Shown: positions 13,000 through 23,100 of the stretch, in pieces
Position numbering within the stretch: position 1 is the stretch's first letter
Layout of the letters: each line of letters opens with the position of its first letter
NCBI GenBank assembly: GCA_024137785.1
Contig: JAHRHZ010000086.1
Coordinates: forward strand, 5,344,677 to 5,408,676
Reading direction: 5' to 3'
Origin: Ginglymostoma cirratum
Taxonomy: Eukaryota
Length of the DNA: 64,000 nt
Notes under the pieces: generated by a model
Databases searched by the model: none
Seen by the model: only the letters and a program-made list of their open reading frames with translations
Told to the model about the DNA's origin: nothing
Program-made: the position numbers and the translations under genes

Positions 13000-14592
13000 G
13001 TATTGTATAAAAGGTGTGTTTATTCAATAATTGATACAGACCAAATGCAATTTTTCTGCCTTTCAGTAAAACCAATTCTAAACCGAGGTACTTGCCAACA
13101 CTGGATCTGCTGGTACTGTATAGTGGGTATTTTGGCACATTAAAATGTTCATTTTAAAAAAGGAAAAAAAAGTTAAAAACAGCTGAAAAAATAAAATTAT
13201 ATTTAAAGGCAAAGACGAGGAATGGTACATTAATTTAAATCTTGCCATATAATAATAAAACAATCACTCGTCTAATTCTTGCTGCGGAGTTAACTAGAGA
13301 GCCAGCACTTCACTTGATGCTTTTAGCAAATACGAATGAGACACTTGCACAGAAACAGCTTGTATATTTTGTACACCCCTCTGAAGAAAAAAGAAAGGAA
13401 AGCCCAGAATCGACCATTTACGATAAAACTTACACCTGGGCCTCCAAAGAGTACTGAAAGTCTGCTACATGAATAAAGTAAGTGTTTAATTACAGAAAAC
13501 ATTTAACAAGTTTTAAGCGTCACACCAATTATACCCACTATACAGCATCGGTCAAACACTATTCAAGGGCAGCTTAAACCTCTGGTTACTTGCAGAAAAG
13601 AAAGTCGGCTCTTGTATCTCTACTATTCAGAGGGACAACAGTACAAAACAGTTTCAGCAGTGCCATTCAACATTCGTATCTCCTGAGGTAACGAGACAAA
13701 CAATTTCACCTACTTTGGTTGGTAGTCCAGCTTTGATCCCAAACACTGCAGAAAAGAAATTAAAACAAAAAAGTTTTTTGATGGGACTGCTGTTTTAACT
13801 CATAACCTCCAACATACGATTATTTTTTCCCTTTTTTGTATTGTCATAACCATCACATGGCTTGTCAGAACACTGAGCCTAGTAACTGGAAACTCTGTAG
13901 ATAAACAAAATCTGCAGACAGCACTATGCACTGTAAATAAAAAAGTAATGAACACAAAGTCGCACTGCTTAAATAGTCCATCCAGATTATACTGTTGTGA
14001 CTTAGTGAAGGGCCCGGTTTTCCCAATTAGAGGTATTCACCCAACCAGTTTTTTTTTTAAATATACTATGTCATTGCCCTCTTCTCCTCTTATTAGCAGT
14101 GAAGGAGACTCACTAGATTTACAGAACCAACGCAGAGAAACCGTTTAGCAAACAGGGCCCTCACACGGCAACAGTGAAACCCTGTTTGATTGGATACATC
14201 AGAATGTTACTGTCTTTTCTTACATAGTGAAGGAGCTTGGCGAGGACAGCCTTGCAGCTAATGGGTACAACCCCCCCCTCCCCCCTTTACAGTAGTATCA
14301 TTCGGAAAGCTGGATGCACAGTTGTGCACGTGTTTTCTACACAACATCGATAAGTTTTGTTTTGTCTATTTGTTCATTCCTATATTGTGGGTTAAATGTA
14401 AGGCAGACTTTTGTCCATCCATGTCCGTCCATCCATTCAAGGCATTGACTGAATGATTCGCTCACTCACTGGGTCACACATGCAGAAAGACCGTGCACCA
14501 AGAACCTGGCTGAAACACTACGGTGCCACGTAACTCATGGAAAACAGTTTCGTAGTACTTTCAAGAGTCAGGATATCCAGCATCAGGAGCCC
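13000..14592 (-). other. brd4: brd4 proximal 3'UTR
   Basis: Repeat-free, U-rich sequence after the stop, ending at an AATAAA followed by a downstream GU/U tract. Confidence 0.75.
13019..13024 (-). terminator. Proximal polyadenylation signal AATAAA
   Basis: Minus strand reads TTATTG-AATAAA-CACACCTTTTATACAATACGCTGGCGTCTTTTTTTT: hexamer plus downstream U-rich element. Confidence 0.7.
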
Positions 14593-14661
14593 TCAGAAGA
14601 GATTCTCTTCGAATATTGCCATTAAGTCGCTCTGAAAATTCATGTCAATTGTAGCCGCCAT
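14593..14661 (-). CDS. brd4: brd4 last coding exon: [22 protein letters not shown] (P-TEFb-interacting CTM)
   Basis: TTTAG acceptor, 69 nt, TGA stop at 14593-14595. Confidence 0.98.
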   Translation of the reverse strand: MAATIDMNFQSDLMAIFEENLF

Positions 14662-17129
14662 CTAAATTACAGTAAAAGGATGCAACATGTTAGTTTGCAC
14701 AGTTTCATTTTATTCCTAGCAATTTAATGCAGGATTTTCGCCATAATTACATACAATAACGCACTGCATTGGTACACCAAAGCCAATCTTAGTCAAAGAA
14801 AGTATTAAAGGATATGGTTAAAGTCAGATATATGAATTGCAATGAATGGCATGGAGCAGGCTCAAAGAACTAAGTGGGATCACCCAGTGTTCTTAAACAG
14901 TGCAGGGTTTGCTCAGAATGTTTAATACAGCATAGACCTGCAACAGGGTTCCGGTTATTCCAGACTGCGTTTCTAAATTCAAAAACACAATGGAAAAAGC
15001 CTGCAGAGAACAGTGTAGGACACATTAAGGCAGAGGGGAATCATTTCATAACAAGTAGTCAAAAGGACTTTGTACTAAAACAACCTGAGCTACAACCCTT
15101 TTCTGAGCAACACAATATTACTTAAAGATCTAGGGAAGACCAACTCTTTCCACTAATGATGAAACTGAAGTATCATTTACCTATTAAAGAGTTTATACTG
15201 CCTCGTGCCTTACGCAGACCTTGGTCAGTCTGAAAGATTAATTGATCTAACTAGTTGCCAAATTATTAAAAACCCTCACCATTTCGGAGAAAAATGTTTC
15301 ACAGAAAAGCATTTCCAGCCATTTCAGTGTATAGAGAAAGCATAAACCCTGGCAAGCCAAGCGTCACTCATTGGAATAGAATTACTATCACATCCATACA
15401 TTAAAAAAAAAACCTCACACCAATCCTCCTTGGAGGTCATATCAATCCCCCACTGTGGTGTCATATCTTGCCTCTTACTTAGATCAACTTTTAAAATCTT
15501 GCACAAGGTAAAAAGAAAATCAGCATGTAGTCTTAATTGCATCTCCCCCAACTGTAGAAGCACTGGTTAGCCCTGCTGCTTCACAGCACTAGAGACCCAA
15601 GTTCAATTCCAGTCTCCAGCAACTGTCTGTGTGGAGTCTGCACACTTTCCGTGTCTGTGTGGGTTTCCTCCTTCTGAACATGCAACATAGGTGGATCGGT
15701 CATATTAAAATGCCCAAAGTGTAAAGGGGTGTAGGTTAGGTGGATCAGCCATGAGAAAAAGCAAGGTAATGTGGTAGGGTTTAGTCGGTCGGGTCTGGGT
15801 GGGATACTGAGTCAGTATGGACTCGATGGGCCAAAAGGACTGCTTTCACACCACAGGGATTCTATGAAGCAGTTGAGTAATCTGTGTTTTGGGTTTGTCA
15901 GGATAATCCAATGGGCTGTGCTAACAAGAACATGTGAAAACAATCCTACAAGGATTTTTGAGGGAGGCATGGCCTAGTGGTATTATCACTGAACTGTTAA
16001 TCCAGAGACCCTGGTAATATTCTGGGGACCCAGGTTTGAATCCCACCACGGCAGACTGGTGGAACTTTAATTCAACAAATATCTGGAATTAAGAGTTAAT
16101 ATTGGCTATGAATCTATTGTTGATTGTCAGAAAAATACCCCATCTGGTTCATTCATGTCCTTTAGGGAAGGAAACTGCCATCCTTACCTGATCTGGCCTA
16201 AAGTTGACTCCACACCCAGCAACGTGGTTGACTCTTAACTACCTTCTGGGAAATTAGGGGTGAGCAATAAATGCCAGCCAGCGTCACACTAATCCCGCGT
16301 GTGAATGAAAGAATTCATACAAGTTGTGGTAATTTTTTCCGCAAAGAAAGTGAGAATATAAATTTGAAGTCACTGCAAGTAGAAGTGGTGCGAAAATGGA
16401 ATAAACCCTTATTAAATCTAAGACAAAGAAACTTGCACTTGGGCCCAATTTTGATGGATCACTTCAAACCTTTCCCAGCTACGTTGTCAAAGTCTACCAA
16501 CTTGATTACATTTTTGTATTTTAGAACTAATAGGTCATTTAAAACTCAACTATCTTAAGCACTGAATGGCCAAGCCGAAATGTAGATTTTAATGCATTTT
16601 CAGAGAGTTAGCACAGGCCAATTTAAAAATAAACTTCTGTAGAAATAACTTCACCGTTCATGATACTCGCAAGATTATTTCATAAAGCTGGAAACCTATT
16701 ACGATTACATAGTGGTTAATGGGACTGTTCAATGGCTATTGAAAAACTCATTGTCATTTATTCCAATACCAAAGTTGAATATTCATACCTGCACATGTCC
16801 AAATTGTGCACTTCAGAGGAGGGGTTAGTAGATAACAATCAGCAGCAGAAAATCAGGCTAGTTTTTAATCCAAATCCCTAGCTCAGGCATATCCAGTCTC
16901 AATTGCAGTTATAGCAACCACCACTACTTTTGAGATTAAGTAACTACAAACTAATAACAATCAAATCAGATTCCGACATGGAGTCAAGACTGATCTTTGG
17001 GAAATACAACAGAAACGTACCGCTTCCTTCCGTCTTCGTTCCTGCTCTCGCTTCCTTGCAAGCTCTCTCTGCTGATCCAGCATAGATTGAGAGGTTGGCT
17101 GAGAGCTCTGCTGTTGTTGCTGCTGTTGT

Positions 17130-17161
<32 letters not shown>

Positions 17162-20100
17162 CTGCTGCCTTCTCGCCTCCTCATGAGCTCTCCGAGCACA
17201 CTCTAAGGCATCCTCTTCGTCTCGGCCTCTGCAGTCAGAAGCAAAACACTGTCAAAACCAGCCAAGTAGAGGCAGGGCTGTTGAAATCTCACTCACTTTA
17301 GTCAAAATAGTTGCAGACATCAGGTTAATACATACCCATCTAATAGCACAAACAATAACCTCAGATTTGCTGTTGTAGTGAATCTAACAGGACTCACCTG
17401 TGAGATGTGCCATGTTGTAGGCAACTGAGAATGCAAGCTCAATGCCAGTAGGGAAAAGATGACAACCAACTCAATCTTTCCAGGGACAACAGGCAACATT
17501 TGCTGCCCACCTCTAATTGCTCACCAGACCACGCTGCTAAGCTGCCTTTTTGATCCACTACAGTCCACGTGGTGTACGTATACCCAGTGATATCAGACAT
17601 AGAATTCCACGGTTTTGACCCAGCACTGATGGAACAGCATTATCGTTGCAAGTCAAGATTGAGTGGTATGGACGGGAATAGAGTAGTGGTGCTCCTGCGC
17701 ATCTGGGTCTTAGTAAGTAGACGTACTCGGAAGATGGCGCTGTAGGATCCTACGTGAAATACTGAAGTGCATCTATAAACGGCACAGACTGCAACTATAC
17801 TGTATTCAGTGAAGGGAGGAATGAATGTCAAGGTAAAGGGTTGAGTGGTGACCAAAATGGCTTAGTCCTAGATGGTATCAAGCTTCTTGGGAGCTGAATT
17901 CATCCAGACCAGTGGAGAGTATATGTTATCAAACACTTGAGTTGAGTTTTGATGAGTCATATTGCAAAAATTCCAACCCTCTGAATCCCAGGATATTGAT
18001 AGTCTAGGAATTCAGCAATGGTAATGCCATTTATAGATGGTTATGTTCTCTCTTGAGACAGACGGTCATTGCCTTGCACTTCAGTGGTGGGAAAGCTACT
18101 TGCCACTGATCAGTCCAAGTCTAGATCTTGCTGTATATGGTCAAAAACGGTTTCAGAATCAAAGGAGTTGCAAGGAACATTGAACATATGTACAATTGTG
18201 AGCAAAAATCTTCACTTCTGGCCTTATGATGGTGGAAGGTCATTGATGAAGCAACTAAAGATACTTGGGCGTAAGGAATCTCCTTAACCAGCCTGATTGA
18301 AGAAGTGAAATTAATGGCAAAGAGCAATTAATAGTGAAGTAGTTGTCTACTTTTCTTTCTGAATATGAAGGGGCAAATAAACTAACAGGACAACTGAAAT
18401 GAATAAATAGTAGTTTTTTTCTTAAATAATTGCCCAACTACTGAATCCTGAAGGAATTTGTACCCACACAGGTTTTCTTTTATATACAAGTGTCAAGCAA
18501 GTTGATTTGCACTATTTGACCAATCACCATTTAAAACAAACAGAAAGACAACTTCACAACAAGTTCATATCTACCACACAAATGACATAATTCCACAGCA
18601 CACGAAGGTAAGACAGGCAACCCAATGCTGCTTGCATGAATCTAACAGCAGAGTGGCACATTTGACAACTGACTCTTCAAATAAGTCTAACCAGGTATCT
18701 AACACCTTATCTAAAGCTGCTCTACATCTTGCACATTAGCCTCATCCTAATTTTTACAGGAAAATCTGAGACAGCATACTCCAAGTCACCAGCTACAACC
18801 TCTGATATGGAATGCAAGTCAGTACTGGGCTTGAACAGGCAGCACAACCATCACTGCGCACTTAACATCACAAGGCAGGAAAGAAAGCTGATGAGCCAGA
18901 ACCTTCCTTCCTCGAGATGGGGATTGTCCTCAGCATCAATAAAGATTTCGCCAGAAAGATTCACCAATCCATTAGTGTGTTAGCAGGTGCTGAGGAGATA
19001 AATTATGGGTGACCAGTTCGAACACGGGTGCTGAAAACATTGGAAGCAAGCATTTACAGGCAATACATGTGAAATTTTGTTCATATTTGACAATGTAACC
19101 AATGCTTAACACAGGTTTGCTAATTTTATTAAACCGAAGAGTTTGACTTGCCTTTGTCTCTCCTGTTCCATTCGGAGACGCTCTTTCTCAGCTGCCTCCT
19201 GTTGCATTTTACGGAACTCCTCTTGTGCTTTCAGTGCCTTTTCTCTCTCCTCCTTCTCCCGTGCTGCACGCCGAAATTGCTCAAAGCTGTCGCTCGAAGA
19301 TTTTGCCGTGGAGGAAGGATTAGAAGGAGCCTTTGTGACCAAACTTGCCCAAGAGCCCATGTTCTTGATCTTAAGATCCTAAAGCACATGGCCACAAAGA
19401 ATAGAGAACTCTACATAAGTGTTCAAGGTGTTGATAACTCAAAAGGCAGTGAACAGTAATGAGGAACTATAAGTACTAAAGGGAAGAAATTTAATAAAAT
19501 GTAAGGTCTAACAATGTTTGCAGACTTATTGTAAAAAAATTGGGAAATACCCGTGTACATAGACAGAGGTTAATGATCATTATCTCAGTTATTGCAGAGC
19601 ATAATTAAGAGGGGATGACAACAGTGCGGGCTAGAGTGGACTGAGAAAGGAGTTCAGCAGAAACAATGGTTGATGAAAATTGGCAGACATTTAAAATAGT
19701 TCATGGCTTAGGTTTCTAGCAAAGGGATAAACCAATCATGGTTAACCTAAGGAAGACAAGGACAGTATAAAATTAAAAATACATGAAATTAATTTTTGCC
19801 ACATTGTAGGCCAGAGACTGGGAAAATTATCAAAGCCAAAAGGTGGCCTAAAAAGGAAACAATAGCAGCGAACAAAGAAATGGAGAGCAAGAGCTTCTTT
19901 AAATATCTAAAAAAGGAAGAGACAGACAGACAGACAGACGTGATCATAAGTCCCTTAAAGGACGAGGCTAGGGAAATAATAATGGGGAACCAGGAAATGG
20001 CAGAGGAGTTAAATACTTAGTCTTCACTATAGAGGACACGAATATCATTCTAACTAATTAAGGGGTAAAACAGAGCAGGATGGGGGAGAAAGAAAATAGA

Positions 20101-23100
20101 CATTACTAAATGAGAGAAAAAGAGCTAGGAAAACCAATGCATCTAAAGACCAGCAAGTCCCCCAGACCACATGGGTTGCATCCAAAGGACATTAGAGGAT
20201 TAAGTAGATAGTGGATATATTGGTAATAATCGTCCAAGAACCCTTAGATCCTGGCAAGTCCCAGAGGATCCTTACATGTGACAGTCTTGTTCAAAAAGAC
20301 AAACAAATCCTAAGTACTATAGAAAAACTCAGGTCTAAGGAAGGGTCACTGGACCGAAAACAAATTCTTATTTCTCTTTACAGATGCTGCCAGACCTGCT
20401 GAGCTTTTAAAGCAATTTCTGTTTTTGTTTGATTTACGACATCCACTGTTCTTTTGGTCCTTACCAGGTAACTACAGACCAGCAATAACATGGGTTATTG
20501 GGAAAATGTTAGGAGTCTATTATGGAGGATGTAATAGGTCAGAAATCATACAACCCCAGGTTATAATCCAACAGGTTTATTTGAAAACACAAGCTTTCAG
20601 AGCCTTGCTCCTTCTTCAGGTGTTAGTGAGAGAGGTGGCATCAGACGCAATTTGTAAGTAAAAGGTCAAAGGATCACACAACTAATGAGGATGTATTAAA
20701 CAAACCCAAGATGCTATTAAATCTTTAATCAGTCAGGTTTTGATTAATACGTATATGTAAATCCTCAAATTTCTTTAAAGTCACTGCCCTGAGAGAACTA
20801 AAGGTTTTATCAGTGCAAAGAAGAGTTGACCTTTTAGGTCAGACAATGCATGTGAGGTGAGGGGCCTTGTTTAGAATCTGTTTTGGTTTGGAGTCAGACT
20901 GGTTTTAGTTCTTATATAGGAATTTACAAAATGCCACATTGACTGGTTGTCTATAAGTGGCGTGCTTTTTGAACAAAAAATGTATCTGCAAATACAAATT
21001 TGGGGACCTACATATACATATTAATCAATTAAAATCTAACTGGTTAGATTTAACAGCATCTTAGGTTTGTTTAATACATCATCAGTTGTATGATCCTTTG
21101 ATATTTTACTTATAAATTCTGTGTTTGATGCCACCTCTCTCACTAACAGCTGAAAGAAGAGCGAGGCTCCAAAAGCTTGGTGCTTTCAAACAAAGCTGCT
21201 GGACTATAACCTGGTGAGTGTGAATTCTGACATTGTCCACCTCAGTCCAACACCAGCACCTCCATGTCAAAGGATGTAACAGCAGAGCACTTAGAAATAC
21301 ATAATATAATCAAGAAGAATCAGCATGGCTTCATGATGGAAATCATGCCTACCAAGTATATTAGAATTCTTTGAGGTGGTAAAAAGTACAAGATATAAAG
21401 GGGAAACCAGTAGATATAATATATTTGGATTTCCAAAAGGCATTTGATATAGATCCTGCACATAAGACTACTTAAGCTAAGATCCCATGGTGTTGAGGTA
21501 GTATATAATAGAAGGTTGGGGTAAAGGAGCCATTCTTAGGATGGAAACCTGCACTTAGTGAAGCGTCACTGGAGTCACTATCATTAACAGTATGTATTAA
21601 TGACTCAGGTGAACCTATCACCAAGTTTTCATTAAAAATACTCAGGAATGAGACCGAGAGATTTTTAGTTGTAAGGGAATCGAGAGTTATGAGGGAAAAG
21701 CAGGAAATGGGGTTGAGGATTATCAAATCAGCCATGAGCACACTGAATGGTAGAGAAGACTTAATGGATTGAATGATCTACTTATTGAACAAATTTAAAT
21801 ATCTGGAATTAAGAGCCTGATATGACCAGGAATCCATTATCAATTGTCGGGGAAAACCTATCTGGTTCAAAAAGATTCTGTAGGGAAGGAAATCTGCCAT
21901 CCTGACTTGGTCTGGTCTACATGTGACTCCAGACCCACATCAATTTGTTTGACTCAACTGCCCTCTGGGCAGTTAAGGATGGGCAATAAATGCTGGTCTA
22001 GCCAGCAATGCCTTCATACTCCGAATGAATGAAAACAAAAGGTTAAGCATTTCATTCATGAGTTAATGGATTTGAAAGACAACTTGGGAGCAGAAGCAGC
22101 TAAAATGAAGGAAGACAAACAATGAAATGAAACTGCATATCAGCAAATAAATTAAAGCATCAGAATGACTCTAGGGATATAGGCACCCTAGTATAATGCC
22201 ATTATAAATTAGAAAGTCCCATGATTTAGTCCGTGCTGCAAGCTTATTTGGAGAATGTGATCAGACTCTCAGCTCCTGGGCAAGGAAAGGAAATGAAATA
22301 GAAAAAACAGATTCTGTTTGCTATTGAGAGCACCTTGCTGAGAAGTTTTGGCTTATGCACATGAAGAATGACCAAGCAGCTATCATTTGCTTAACCAATT
22401 TTTGGGACGTGGAGAGAGGAAGCAAGACAAAAGTAAAAAGGGAGGCAGGCAGGAGGAGAGAGAAGGCAGGCAGGAGGAGAGAGAAGGCCAGCAGCACACC
22501 AGCAAACATATGAACAAACTCACTTTTTTGGGAGCAACAGGAGTTTTGGGTTTTTGTTGTTTCTGTTTGTCCTTGTCCTGAGGGGAAGGCTGCGTGCCAT
22601 GCTCTGGAGGTCGAATCACTGGCCCAGTAACTTCGATTTGTTTCATCTCTGGCCCTGTAGGAAGGAAGTGCAGAGATCATTCAAATATTTTGTGCAGTTG
22701 CATAGCAGCTACCAACATTTGACTGTCAGAGCAATCACAGCCAACACTACTGTTTTTGGGAAGCGGGTGAAAGAGAAAATACACGTAACGCACTAGAATT
22801 CTAACTCAATTTGGTAGCAAATTGAGATAACAAGGTGTGGAGCTGGATGAACACAGCAGGCCAAGCAGCAGCATAGGAGCAGGAAAGCTTGATGTTTCGG
22901 GCCTAGACCCTTCATCAGAAATGGGGGAGGGGAAAAGGGTTCTGAAATAAATAGGAAGAGAGGGGGAGGTGGATAGAAGATGGATAGAGAAGAGGATAGG
23001 TGGAGAGGAGGCAGACAAGTCAAAGAGGTGGGAATGGAGCCAGTAAAGGTGAGTGTAGGTTGGGGGGGGTAGGGAGGAGATAGGTCAGTCCAGGGAGTGG

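Larger units (their letters stand above)
19520..21790 (+). mobile_element. Internally deleted CR1 LINE, interrupted by PLE-derived inserts
   Basis: Translations [10 protein letters not shown]...[43 protein letters not shown] are CR1 ORF2 motifs. Confidence 0.85.

Noticed and set aside
15963-16050. tRNA gene (also ~15562 and ~43390)
   Set aside because: The A/B boxes belong to SINE heads; no full cloverleaf is present, and at 15562 and 15963 repeat bodies follow.
16984-17301. ORFs with poly-Leu, poly-Ser/Asn or poly-Ala
   Set aside because: These are alternative frames or the antisense of the brd4 CAG/CAA repeat.
19146-19147. Canonical GT donor 4 nt into the intron
   Set aside because: Out of phase with the next exon and poor consensus (GTCAAA).
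22442-22488. 21-bp tandem duplication (and a 15-bp one at ~44744-44776)
   Set aside because: Two-copy slippage duplications with no further structure.
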